A stretch of 64,000 nt of DNA from Isurus oxyrinchus (taxonomy: Eukaryota). Numbering within the stretch: position 1 is the stretch's first letter; each line of letters begins with the position of its first letter. The translations under genes were made by a program, and so were the position numbers. The notes beneath the pieces were generated by a model, which saw only the letters and a program-made list of their open reading frames with translations, was not told the origin of the DNA and did no database searches. Shown here piece after piece: positions 12,621 to 26,149 of the stretch. Where the stretch lies: the NCBI GenBank assembly GCA_026770705.1, contig JANJGN010000027.1:28086001-28150000 (forward strand). The letters are read 5' to 3'.

Positions 12621-15600
12621 CCTTTGAGAATTTTGTATTCTCACTCTGCTTTCAAACTCGCCTGCCACTGCCCTAATGGTTGCCCACCACCACCTCCAGT
12701 TGACCATCAATTATAACAGAACCATCTTCATTTCTGTTCAACTGATTATGCCTAAATTGGGTATTATCTTTTGAAAGCTAGAAAAGAACATCAAAAAATG
12801 TCAATAGTGCAACTGTGTCCGACAATGCCAAACAATATACATTGGTGGCAAACTGTATCATACTACGGATTTCAAACTAATATGAAGATTTGAGGATTCA
12901 AATTGCCGTATAAATAAGGCATCTGAAGGACAAGTGCTTCAACCAACCTAACCACTCGTTACTCCCCATTACAAGGCAGCCTCCCCAACATAAGTAATTA
13001 AAAGCTCCAAGTTTAAATTAAAAGTAAATGGTTGGTAATTAAAGTCAGGAAACAACAGGCATACACCAAATATTACTCAATGGAATTCAATGGCCATCAT
13101 AATGAGAACTGCCTCTGAAGTTCATGAGCTTTTTTGTAAATGTCTTACACAACGTTTCTGTCACCAAGTTACAGACCTAAGTGATTAATTACCTCCTGCT
13201 GGGACACTTAAATTATTCAACACATATAACTGAACCATGCTTTTAAAAAAACAACAGTTGCATCCTTCCTCACGCCATGCCTAAGCCGAGCTGTCAGTTC
13301 TCATTTAAAACGCCGTTAACTGCTCAGATTTACAGCCTGAAGTACAATTTCTTGGCAGCAGGCTGTGAGAATCTAGTTATAGCTGGATTAATTATGCTAA
13401 TTTTAAAGAATTTTTATGTTCGTCATCATTATGAGGCGTGCACTGATTTTGAAAATAACTAGCTGCTGGAAAATAATCAAATTCTTCACTTTGCTTGTGC
13501 AGCAAATATTAATCTAATGCATAACAACAGCTTGCATTTACATAACATCCTAAAATAATAAAACACCCAAGGAACTTCACAAGTAATCAGACAAAAAAAA
13601 ACAACACGCCAAAGGAGATATTATGACTGACGACCAAAAGCTTTCCAAAGAGATAGGTTTTAAGGAGGGTCTTAAACAAGGAGAGAAGTGGAGAGATTCA
13701 GGGAAGCCATTAAACTTAGCAATAAAATTATTCCACAATACTTTTAACTTCTAAAGTCAGAAATTTCTATTTGATTGACTTCTAGAATTTGCCAAAACTT
13801 CAGCACTGATTCCCTGTTTCTCAGCTTGAAGTCAAGCCAGGCAGAAGTGCTGTTTATTTATGCTCAACAAATATCAATCGTGAAAATTTTGTTAAATTTA
13901 AGAAATCAACAAAACCAATGATATGATCATTGCAAGTTATTAGAATCAGTTATATAAAACAAACTCCAGTGAATTTGAGAGCTGCATAGGATGCGTCTCT
14001 CGTCATTTCCATTCCCTGTGAAAAGTATGTGACCCAGGTTGGCGGCTCCCCTAACAACATACTGAAAATCAAAGAAATGATCAAAACCAACTTCATGGTT
14101 CTGAATACCGAGTTGACTAAATCAGTAAGGAATATTTATTATTAAATAATATGTGCTATTGTTTACTTTAGAATAGCTTCTCGGTTAACTCACTTCATTC
14201 AGTGAATCAAAGTGACCACTGGTAGTAGCCAGAGTATTTACATTCAGGATGCAAACTGATGAGTTTTCTAAAGGTTCTATTACTGCTAATGGAAATGTAT
14301 TTCCATTTTGACATTCGAAAAAAATGTACACAGTTCTACTTCCCAGGGAGGTAGTTCCTTCATAAGCTGGGTCATTATTTTAGGAAATAAAGCATCAGTC
14401 AATGCCCTGGAAAGCTCCACATGGTTTTAAATCTTATATGGCAATACTGAGAAAGAAAGCGTAAATATAGGCTCCTATCCAAAGCAAATAAAACAGCCTG
14501 TCATTGCTAACCTGGCTGCTGACTTCATTCCCGATAGTGTCACATTATGTATGCCCTTGAACATTCTTTTACAAATATGGAGTTTGGTTGTGCAGACATA
14601 CTTAAAATGATGACAAGCAAGATTGTCACAATTATTGTGTTTAAAATTACTAACTAAAACCAAAAAAACTGACCGAGAGAACTATTAACTCCATTTTTCT
14701 TAACAGGGAAACGTGCCTATAAATTTAATTCAAACCAGTGGTGGAGGGAGAAAGGGGAGCCTGTTGCAGCTGTCACTCAAAATTCAACCTGCCACTGAGC
14801 CTTGTGGTTGTCTGGGATTCACTAAATGCTTGTATTTGTATGAATAAAAATGAGGGGATTTAGCAGCTCTGTTCTCCCACAAAGCTATCAAACAGTGACC
14901 TTTACAGCAAGAAAATGATTTTTTTTAAAAAGCACATATCACAAGCTAAGGCGGTGTCTGCCTATTGTTCTAAAGTATCATTAAGAGAAAGAAACAGATT
15001 GAAATTACAGCAGAAAAATCTGCTCGATAACTGAAGTATACATTTCTGTAAGAAACAATTTTGGCAGCTACTCTGCAAATCTCTGGAAAAGCAAAACACA
15101 CTAAAGAAACCTATGCCATTGGGGAATGAACCAGTTAGCTTCCATCTTCAGCGATTTCTCCCCACCTCCCCCAAACAAGACAATCACAAGTATTTCCTCA
15201 ATTGCACACAGACTTGCCAATTCCCTCACTGCATTGTCTTTGTTAAAAAAAATATAGTCCCAGAAGTGCAGGAAATTATTTTCAGAATATAGACAGCACT
15301 TCCTTTCCCAGAACAATCCATCTCTCGACTCGACAGACTGTCTACTATATTTACCCAACCGAATTTGCAGATGATATACTTCCAGCTGTACAATACACAC
15401 ATGTTCCTGTCAATCACTTGTTAAAAAAGATATAGAGAACTGTGTACTAAGGAAATGAACTGGTGACTAAAATTCATCGCAAGGCATTTCTTCAAAATTA
15501 TTTAACTGTAACAATCTGAATAGTACAAGTAAATGCACTCAGTCTCTGCAGTAATTGCATTTTTAAACATTTATAAAAATGATAAACCCGAATGACCAAA

Positions 15601-18600
15601 TAAAAAGTTTCAACCAACTGAAAAAGAATGACTGCTGATAAGGGTGATACTCATTGTTCACATCGGCAGCAATTATGATGTCGAATGTGCCCAGTAAAGT
15701 GGCAAAGAGCTTTTATACTTAGCTGTTTGATATTTTAAAGTTCACAACCAAGGTTACCAAAAACTGCACCTCCAATTTGTAGTATTTTTCACATCTGACC
15801 ATGTTACTTTGCTGTGTAGTTAAGAATGGCTGATGGGTTCAATTCTCGAGTGACAGCCCCTGCCAACAGTGAAGCAGACAAAAATCACAGGGCCAGATGA
15901 AGAAGCCACCGCAGTGTTAACTCAAAGTCTGATGTACTTTCATTTTTGCTTTCTTCTCTTTCCTCTCTTCAGATTCTTTTGCTGCCTCGTATTGCACAGC
16001 TCTCTAGTGTCCCATTTTTGGCATTATCTCACAGCTTGTGACATTTCATATAAAAGTTTTCAATTTCCTCTTGTAGACATCATTAAACCTGAGCCAAGAT
16101 TAGCCAGTTAAATACATAGGCACAAATTCTATTTTTTACATTGGGCATTTAAGTTCAACTTTATTGTCTTGGGGTTAATTCAAATTTTAAAGCTTCAAAT
16201 TTGATCGGAGGGCAACACAACTTAAAAATTTACTGGGTCAAAAATGAACAACGACGGTTTCCTTGCCTTCCCCAAATATAAAGAAAACATAACTTAGCTT
16301 AACTTGTAGACAGTGGTAGTCATCAGAATCTTTATGTAAAAAAAATGTCTGCTGCCAAAGTTTAATATGCTTGTGAGTACAATGCAAATGGCATAAGTTA
16401 AAACCGACAGGCATTCAATGGTCTAATTAATTAGAACTCAGTGAATTCACAGTCACTGATCCTTGGGAGAATCTTCGGTTTACTAGTTTTGATTGAGCTG
16501 TTGAGAAATGCATTGGAAAACAATTATAATCTAGTCTGACAGATTTTAGCATCAGTTGTCATTTTTTAACTGAAAATTTTAATCCAAGTCCTCAAAAATC
16601 TTATACGCAACATCACAAACTCATTTTGGTGTCAGAATGCCTCATCATTCTAAGCAGCTATTTGCTGAAGCTGTTTTAATAAGTTAAATGAAGACATTAT
16701 GGCCCTGAAAGTACACCACACGACAGTGGCATATCAACACATCAGATTTAATGGTGTGCACATGGGTCCTCTGTGGAGACAAAGGCACGTGTGTGAGAGA
16801 AACTGCAGTTTAAAAAGTAGATAATGACTTGAACCAATTCAAGTCTGTCAAGCACTTGTGTTTTGTTTTCCATCAGCAACCGCATGGTCTGCTTTTAAGA
16901 GGGAATACTGATTGCAGCAATGTGTACACAAATTTTTATTGATCCCTGCCTTTAACAGGGAAAACAAATTAAAAACAAAGCAGCACAGATATTCTGTTCA
17001 CAGCAACAACTCTTCAGTGTCAGAAACAAACATTATGCCCAAGAAATGATGGGCGCCAAGCAAGTGATGGCAATCGATTTAGAAACATAAGACAAAAGGG
17101 AATCAGTGTGGAGTTATGCACATGTGGCAATTCTTCAGAATAACCAAGCACTAACAGGAGTTTGGTGTTGAATAAAACTCCATTGTAGGATTCTTGCCAT
17201 GCCGCAGCCACAAGTGCTTGTCCATCTAACGTTTTTCATGTGGAGCCAGCTGTGCTGTATACAAAGCTATTGACAGAAGGCAGAAAGCAATCACTTGCAT
17301 TCTACCACTGATCATACTGTTTTTATTAATTAGCAGCATAACAATCTCCACTCTGCACCAGCAAGAGGTGGAATTTTAATTCTGCAATTTGATACCATCA
17401 TTAACAAACGAAAACCCAAATTGCATCAAATTAAGTCATGTATGCTTCCGAATATGATTCTTTCAGTTGGTTTAAATAACCCTATAATCTTTTTTACCCC
17501 TCTGCGTTCATTCACTGAGCCATGACTAAACTTTTATTTCTATTAATACAATCTTTTTCCTTTCATTGATGGGAACAGTTAAATTGGGGGGGGGGGGGGG
17601 GGGGGCAGAAGATAAAAAAAAAGGGCTTCTAATAAAAAGTACTCCCGCATTTCATTGGATAGACTTATCAATTTTTTTTTAAATATTCTGCCTGCTGGCG
17701 GGAACCTGAGGTTAGACTTCTTCCCTCTGTCCTCACTAAGCAACTCCACATTATCATTAACTAGGAGTCTCCAAATGCCCTCAAGCAGCTCATTTGGAAG
17801 CAACCAGAACCATCATTTAGGCTGGTGAAAAAGCTACTCACCCAGGGAACCTGTGAAATTGGCAGAAGCTGCAAAGGTCCCAGGCAACAGAACTTCCCTC
17901 TTACCACCAATGTCCCATGGCTCCAGATTAGTTCTCAGGCCAGTTCAGAGTCAGATTCCTAACAAGGATGGTAGAGCCCAGTCTCTCATGCATGTCAACT
18001 GACAAGAAACATTAATCCAATTAAAAACTTCAAACCATATTTCTCTAAGCCTACTTTTGTCATGTGAAATCTGTCATAGAAAATACTGTACCCTGAATAG
18101 GCTACAGTTGGTGTAGATAGCCAGAATGCTGCAGCAGTGGATTAAGGAATGAAGATCAATGCGGATAGGGGCACAGTACGAAGGTTCTAGAAATCCAAGT
18201 GTAAGAGGGAGCATTTTAATGAACAGGAAATAGTTAGATTTGGGTAAATCTCTGGGCAGTATAATGAGTGAAGGTGGCAGATCTGCCAAGGGAATAAGAG
18301 TTAGGATTCAATGGCAAAAGTTGCATTCATTAGAAAGAAGAGGATACGGAGTACACAATTGGAGAACTGAACAGAACAGAACTGAAGAAAAGACTAGTGA
18401 AGAGCTGATATGAGGTTTGGTTCTGTATAGTATTGAAATATTGATGAGATAAAAGAAATCAGGCTTCTAGAGAATTTTGAGATGGAGGATGGAGGTTTTG
18501 AGATGCTTTGAGGAAACGGATAAGGAAACTACTGAGGCAATGTTGGAGATTATACAAGAAAAACAGTTTAATTGTTGTGTTCAGAAAAAGGCAAATTAAT

Positions 18601-19194
18601 TTGTTTAGGCATGTGTTTAGAAATGGGTTGCACATGGAAGGCGATGTTACAAGGACAGAAGGAAGGAAAAAGACCAAAAGGGAGAAAAATTAAGATATTT
18701 CCAGGCTACATGAAAAATAGGAAATCATAGTGAGAACTGAGCCACAACCTGCCTTTGGTCAATCACTTATGGTAGTGACTTTATCCACTATAACCTGAAG
18801 CAGTGTCATTAAAAAGTGCATGTACCTATGTCTACTAGTATCTGTTTCCTGATCCTCTTGAATACAACATGTCGTATATCCAGACTTGTTCTGAAGCGCT
18901 CTCTTTATCATAACACATGGCAGTCTACTGGCTCAATGGTACTACTCTCCCTGTTAATTGTATAATAATTGAGTATTTAATTATATTCAAGCAGTGGGAA
19001 TTAATTGGGGATTCATTTGCTCTCCTATATATAGGGGCAGTTACAAGAGGTACATATTGGAGCAGACTGAAACTGTTGTGTCCTCGAGTTCAGGGGTGTT
19101 TGTTTATAGCATGTACCTCTGCAAATAAAAGCTCAGGAAGTCTGTAAGGATTTGGCTCCAGTTCTATACTTCATGGTCTGGCGATCTAGATCAG

Positions 19195-19570
19195 AACATC
19201 ACCTGAGTCAGAAGGTTGTCTGTTCAAGCCTCAATCCACAAACAAAACATAAATCCCAGGCTGACACTTCAGTGTGGTACTGAGGAGTGCTGCATTTTCT
19301 GAGGTGCTTTATTTCAAACGGTATGTTAAACTGAGGCCCCATCTACCCTCTCAGGTGGACACAAAAGATCCGATGTTAGCATTCAAAGAGGAGTCTTCCT
19401 CATGTCCTGGTCAGTTTACATCCATCAACCTATATCACTAAAAGAAATTGCCTAGTCATTATCTCATTTCTTTACATTTCAACACTTCAAAAATATTTCA
19501 TTTGTTGTAAAATGCTTTGGAATTGCCCTGAGGTCACAAAAGGCACGATATGAATGCAGTTTTCCCTTTC
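19195..19570 (+). mobile_element. Deu-domain SINE (SacSINE1-like) with L2-type tail, near full length
   Basis: tRNA-like head (gttcaagcc B box), central gttaaactgaggcccc...ctctcaggtggac..aaaagatcc, and tail tgtaaaatgctttgg...aaaggcacgatatgaatgcag. Confidence 0.78.
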
Positions 19571-20362
19571 TCTTGTAATCCAGTTGAAGATTTTCTAGTT
19601 GCTCACTATCGAGGGCCTTAACCATAAAAGATCATTCTGGAAAATCCACAAATCAGTTAGCAAAGGTGGAGAAAATCTTGAGTGCAAACAGAGTAAATAT
19701 TAAGGGCTGTAAAATAAATTTGTGAATAAAGAGTATCCACTGCAATGTCCTGCTGCTACATAGTGGCCTGGGCAACTTCCTCGGTACAAAGAGAAGGCAT
19801 GTCTTTGACAGCAGAATGCAGGAAAATGGACTGATGTTGCAAAAGTCTTATCCAATTCGATTCTATGCATTTGGTTACAGCCATTCACATTTAGAGGAAG
19901 TCCCAACTGCTGCCTAGTTTGCCACTCAACATCAGCTATTAGAGCCAAGTAATCTCCTTCAGCAGGACTTTTGAGGTTGCAGCTGAAGAACCCCATAGAA
20001 CAATACTAGAATCCTCGTTATATGTTAGAGATTTGGATGAGAGTAGCCACTAAGTTTGAAAATGATACTGAAATTACTGAGCAAGTAATGTGAACAATGC
20101 AACCAGATTCAAAATGATTAGTATAAGAAACCAAAAAAGGCAGTATATGATGAATGATCAGGTGGTACAGTATATTAAACCAGGCTTTTGGGTTCTAGTG
20201 CGTAATTCAATGAAATCTGTGTATTGCTGAGCCATTTTGACCAGTACCAATTTGGCTAATCTCACCTCATGCAACACTTGGGAAGCCTCATTTCACCTCA
20301 GTATGACCTGGGAAGGGGTAATCAATTTGAATTCCAAATCCCAATCACTGGCCGAAGGATCC

Positions 20363-23300
20363 GGGCAGAATCGTCCCAGATTTGCGCTGTGTGGTAGCGG
20401 ACAGGAAAAAGGGCATTTTACCCAGCGGCTACAACGGTGGCTTTTCACGCTGTATTGCCCCGTTCCCGGCCTCATTAATAATGCATTCATGGGGTACACG
20501 CCAACTCGCTAGCAGGCAGGCTCAGATTTTCCTGCCACACATGACCTCAGCGCTTCTTCACTCTGGGCACCATATTTAAAGTGTGCCAGAGCACATGCCT
20601 ACTTCACATCTTCAGCAGGACTGCTCCAGACAATAGATGGTCCTGAAAGCACAGAAGACAGCAGCCCCCAAATTTAGTGACGCCTCTATGGGGCGCCTGC
20701 TGGCTGCAGGGGAAGGCCACCGCAATGTCCTCTACCCTCATTCTGGCCACAGGAGGTCCACCAGAGTCACTAATCCAACCTGGGAGGCGTGGCAGTGAAG
20801 GTCAGCACCACCGGAGCACAGGGGAGGTCAGCCATCCAGTGCAAGATGATGATGAATGCTCTCATCCGTTCCACCAGGGTAAGTCAACCACCTTATCACT
20901 CTCAACTCACACTCATAAACCCATCTCACGCCCACAGAGATCTCTCACCTCAAGGGACAACACCACTAATTCTCACACACACCCTCACAACTCCATCAGG
21001 CTCATATCCTCTCGAGCTCACATCCTCATTTTTCTATGGTTCCACTCACCACACAAACATTCCACACAGTGCCATGTGTCCTACTCACACTCTCTCCATC
21101 TGATTTCATGCAGGAGAAGCTGGCTCACAACAGCAGTGAGAGTTCCAAGGCCAGGGGTGGAGTGGCCAACATTAGGAACTTTGAGGAACTTGCACTGGCT
21201 GGTGAGGACATAGTCCGTGCCTACAATGACAGTGAAGTCAGAGGCAAACACTCAGTGAAGATGCTGCGCCATGTCATCCCTCTCTCAACACAACTGTGGG
21301 TGCTCTCTTTCCTGTTTTTGACTCTGCTGCTATGCATGAATCATCTCCACGTTGGCTCACAGGGAGCTCTGCCAAGCGACCAACATCCTCAGCCAGCCAG
21401 CCTCTCAGCTCCATCCAGATCCTCACCTCCAGCCAAGAGTACACCTCCTCTATTGAAGTGCTGGAAATAAGCAGCCTGGAAGAGCCATCACGGTGCTTAG
21501 ACACACCTTCCACCAGCACAGAGACACACAGCTCGGTGGGACCTCGATCTAGAGCAGACGTTGGGTCCACAATCTGGTGATCACCGCATGGACAAGGGTC
21601 TGCAGCAGAAAGACATTCAGCCAAGCTCTGCAGCACTTGGAGGACTGCTGGAGAAGGAGCATCCGTGAAGTCAGAGTCAGATGACGAGCCTCTGGATTCG
21701 GCCTTCCAACTTACCGTGGACAATCAGCAGAAGACGGGGAAAATCAAGCAGAGCTGTTGGAAGCCCTCAACTGAGTGGCACGCGAGTCAGAGGAGTGTGT
21801 CCACCTGCTCTCTGATGAAGTGGTGTCTACATGTGCACGCATGGAGGTCTCCATGGAAAGGATGGCAGGCGCCATGCAGACCATGGTCCAGCACAATATG
21901 GGGATGTGCACAGACCTACACTCTACCACAGTGGCCATGGGTGAGCCCCTGCAGAGGCAATATGAGAGGGGAATGGGGCACTTCGACATCTCTCCAGGTG
22001 TTCCTTCCTCTCAAGGAGTCAGGCCCGGGCCCCTGGGCACCCAAAGGGGGGAGGAGCAGCGGCAGCTGGGCACCCCGGATCATCTCTTAGGAATCTCAGA
22101 GGCTGTCCACTCCGTCAAACTCCCCTTTGCCTGTGACCCACTCAACCTCATCCTCTGTCACTGCAAAGGGAGCAGCTGGCCCACAGGAGGACAACCTGAG
22201 CCCTCAAGGCCTCAGTTGTCCAGAGCACCCACGCCGAAGTCATCAGAGGTAACAGGGCCAACCATTGCACAGACTGTCTCCATCCCTCCTGCGGACGTCA
22301 AGGCAATACCAAGAAAAAATTGTAGGTCTAGAAAAGATAAGAATTTCTGATCACTTTATAATCTGAAAATATATTCACTTTCGCTGAGTAACGAGCAATG
22401 GTGTCTTTCAGCTTCATTTTAAGGCTTCACAAGTCCTCCTTCTGCATCCCCAGCCACCAGATCAGCTGCATGCAGCTGGGGCACGAGTGATTCTGGGGGG
22501 AGAAATGTTTATGCGCCAGGGCCTTTCAGAGCCTTGTGCAAGCATTTTCCCACACACGCGGAGCCTTTCTTCATCACACTCGATCTCAATGTCCCAAGCA
22601 ACTTCAATGCTGCCTGCTAGGGTTCTCTTTCAGTTGTCCATCTGAGCTGACCTGCATCTCCGCCCACCCACTGATCACACTCTCATGAAGCACCTGCGCC
22701 CGACCAACACGAGGCTCCTCTTACTTTCAATTTGAAAAACATGCTCATAGTAAGGTTTCTTCTCAACTCCCCTATCCTTTCCCCTCCCTCAGTCACCCAT
22801 GTCCTTTCCCCCATCACTGTTGACCACCACCCCGGCATCACATTCCACCTCCCCACCATCACCTACCAACCAGAACCCTCTTCTTTCCAGGAATTTCAGG
22901 TGAATATGCATGCTCCCTACCTTCTTAAGTATGCCACTCCATCCACATTGACCTCCCAACCTCCTCCTTCCCACCCTTAGGTTCCATGTCTGCCTCCGAA
23001 TCCTGAAGAAACGCCCTCATCGCCCTTTCTACTGCTACCACTGCACCCTCACCCTCCCACCCTTCCAGTTCGCTCTGCCCACTCTCATGCTCACCAGTCC
23101 CTGCTACCACATCAGTTCGATTCCCAGGAGGCAGTCATTGACTCCACAGACCCCTCCCTTGCATGCTCATCTGGACATCACCCCCCACCCTTACTCCCTC
23201 CTCCTCCCGAAGTCATTCACCCCCCTCCAAATTCCTTCCTCCCCGCAATGTCCTACACTTACACCTTCCTCCACCCACCTTACACCTAACGCCCCAATTG

Positions 23301-24132
23301 CCGCTTTCCCCCTCGGTCACACCCTCCTTCCCCCTTCCTCCATCCCCCCTCCCAACCTCATGCCCGTCACACCTTTGTGACCCCCCCAAACCTCAACCTC
23401 AGCACCTGCATTCCCCTCCTTCCAATCTCAACCACCCAACACCTTCTTTTCCCCCTCCAACCAACCTGCCCCCCCCAACGCCTTTGTTCCCCCCAGCCCC
23501 CCAACCTCAGCCCTGCCCAGTACACCTTCCTCTCCCAGCCAAACCTGGACCTTCCTCTCCCACTCACAACTGGATCTTCCTCCCTCCCACTGCCCCCCTG
23601 AATGATTAGCTGTAGCAGCCCACGGCCAAGGCCGTGATGTCCCGAAGCAGACCCCAGATATCAACGGAGACCACCTACCTTCCGTGAGCTATTTCGTGAT
23701 GGAGCCACGTCCATCAGGATCCACCCAGCATTCGATACACGTGTCCCTCCAGGGTCTGCCAGCTGTAGCACTCCAGCATCTTCTGCTAGTCTGATGTCCA
23801 ATATGAGCAAGACCCTAACGGCAAGTCCTGAATTCGGTACATCACTCTTGTCAAGACATGTTCTGTGCCAGCATCTTTTCCTGCCGACATTTGCAGTAAA
23901 TTTGACATGGCGTGGGTTTGATTCCAGCAAGCAGGCAAGATGATGAGATGCAACTGCATCGAAATTAGGTTCCTGATGTTGGATGGCAAGAAAGGCAGTC
24001 CGCCAATGACGGGCAGAGCAGATGATTGCAAATTGGTGCGACTGCATAAAACCAATTTTTTGGCCTTCTCACCATATTGTCCACTCACGCCTGCCATGAG
24101 GCCCGCGCCAATAGGGACAGAAAATTCCAGCA
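20363..24132. mobile_element. Decayed PIF/Harbinger-type DNA transposon (probably non-autonomous)
   Basis: GC-rich block inside an AT-rich intron; loose terminal inverted similarity (GGGCAGAATCGTCCC vs reverse complement GCTGGAATTTTCTGTCCC); carries a spliced Myb/SANT-like gene. No DDE transposase was recognised and no TSD is evident. Confidence 0.7.
20637..22350 (+). pseudogene. Harbinger-associated Myb/SANT-like DNA-binding protein gene, disrupted
   Basis: MVLKAQKTAAPKFSDASMGRLLAAGEGHRNVLYPHSGHRRSTRVTNPTWEA, a frameshift near 20789, then AVKVSTTGAQGRSAIQCKMMMNALIRSTR|gtaagt (20879). Acceptor at 21113 leads to EKLAHN...GG, followed by S/T-rich and helical segments and a basic tail with stop at 22350. 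Confidence 0.72.
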
Positions 24133-24803
24133 TTATGCTAAGAAGTATGAATGAGAACAACCTTTAAGAAAGTAAAATGTCCCAAGGCGCGTCATGGGTG
24201 GTATTACAATAGGTAATACCAAGTGGTAAGGAATGTCTTAAGGAAATAGAGACAGACAGTAAGACAGAGGATTAGGGAGGAGAATTCCAAGGCTTAAAAC
24301 CCAGACAATTGAACGCCCATTGCCAAATAATGAAATTAGGAAAATCATGAACAAGTAACAGGCCAGAATTGAAGACTGGGTCTTCTTGGCCAACACTCAA
24401 GAAAGCAGTGAGTTTGCCTGCCACTTGGAGAAAGCGGTCTCTATGCTATCATAGGGGTCAACCAAAGATCTATCTCATTCTGAATGAACCTGATCTCTCA
24501 AATGGGTTATCACCAACTTATCTAGTTCCAGGTTTATTCCAGAATCACTTGTCACCAGTGGAGGTAAACTCAGTAAAAATGGGAATAACACAGGGAAAGG
24601 TTACATAATACTTTGAAAAGGTAGAGCAAAAACGGATGTTAATAGCAAAAAAATACCCTTGTACCTGAACATCACCTGAAGCCATTACAGAAGGATGAAA
24701 ATTGGAAAAATAAAACCAAGCCTTTGCCAACAGGAAAAAGGCACAAACAATATCCTGTGACCAGCATGTTTGGCACACACACGTTCCTCCCTGGTATTTG
24801 GTA

Positions 24804-25190
24804 GTTATGTAAATCATGGCATATAAGTCGACTCAGCATACAAGATGGTCCCATTTTTCCAGCCCCAAAAATCATGTTTTTGCATATACTTGGCATATAA
24901 GTCAAACCGTTTTTCAGCCACATCAGGCTAAACTTGCATTAGTAGTCACAAATGCATGTTTTACCTACCAGTACTTATAACTGGGTGTAAGGAATCAAGC
25001 AGGCAATACAGGCTGTGTTGCAAAGCTGCGTGAAAATTTAAGGCACACCAGAAGCAGATGCCATTTCAAAATGGTGGCCACCCACACCCAAGCTGGCATT
25101 TCACTTTTATACTTGGTATATAAGTGGACCCCCATTTTTGGAGGGATTTTGAGGCTTCAAAGATCAACTTCTACGCCAACATCTACAGTG
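24804..25190. mobile_element. pogo/Tigger-like (Tc1-mariner superfamily) MITE, decayed
   Basis: Left end gtaaatcatggcatataagtcgac and right end gatcaacttctacgccaacatctacagt are loosely inverted; the ggcatataagtc motif recurs internally at about 24893 and 25115. Confidence 0.55.
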
Positions 25191-26082
25191 TTTTATATTG
25201 TGCTCAGCAGTAACACCATTCAAAGAACCAAACCTCCTGAACCGTCAAAATTATTTTAAAATATTAAAATGAATCCAACAAGTATTGTCTAAGCAACATA
25301 GATCTATTTTTTAAACCTAGGTTTGTTTATCCAGCATAAACATTATAAAAGTCTATTTTTATATGTGTGCTATGCTACAGTAAGCATCTCCTCTGTGATT
25401 TGCAGCACTGAAGCACAGCACTGTGCAGGTGGGTTAGGGATTACAGGCAGCACTTTGCACAGAGATACCAGCAGGCAACACACAGGAGCAAACTGTGCAC
25501 CACTGGAACACTGCTTAACATTTACACTGCCTCGCTCACTTCATTACAATTTTTGGTTAAATAATGAACAGACCATGTTATCACTTCCTGAGGGAATCTG
25601 AAAATTATAAATAAACTCTGAAACCCATAAAATGGGAAACAGAGATAATATTGACAAACCTAAAGAACACCACTTCACAATGGTTATTTCCACCACACCT
25701 GATCAAATATTTCAGTTCTGAATCTCAGCACGGAAAGGAAAAAAGGCAATTCGAACCAAGTTGAAATTTATTACAATGCAGCTCACAGGATTAGAAGAAT
25801 TTACCGAATATATTCTATTAACCTTAAAAAAGACTAACCTTCAAGAGAATATTAACTTCACTAACTTGCTATTTGAAAGGCACATTACAAATCATGACAT
25901 TTATTTCTTTCTTTAAAGAAAACTCTTACGTAAATTTTAATTTCTGCAACCACATTGTGTACAGAATTTTAAAATCATAAAAGAATATGCGATAACTCAA
26001 AATGTAAAGTTTGATTAAGGTGACCTTTCAAATGTTTGATGCACAATTTGCTCAGTTTAATTATCTGTGAACTTGTAGGTAC

Positions 26083-26149
26083 CTGATATGTTGTTCAACA
26101 CTTCCTTAAGATGGTTGAAACTATTTAGAAGTAGATCTTGCTCTTCATC
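26083..26149 (-). CDS. GBF1: GBF1 coding exon 3 (67 nt)
   Basis: ttttatttcag|GATGAAGAGCAA...ATATCAG|gtacct translates to DEEQDLLLNSFNHLKEVLNNIS plus 1 nt, continuing exon 2 in frame (human DEERDPLLHSFGHLKEVLNSIT). No further GBF1 exon was recognised in 1-26082, so the rest of the gene probably lies left of the window. Confidence 0.95.

Noticed and set aside
23087-23664. Pro-rich and Gly-rich ORFs
   Set aside because: Produced by C-rich low-complexity sequence inside the transposon.
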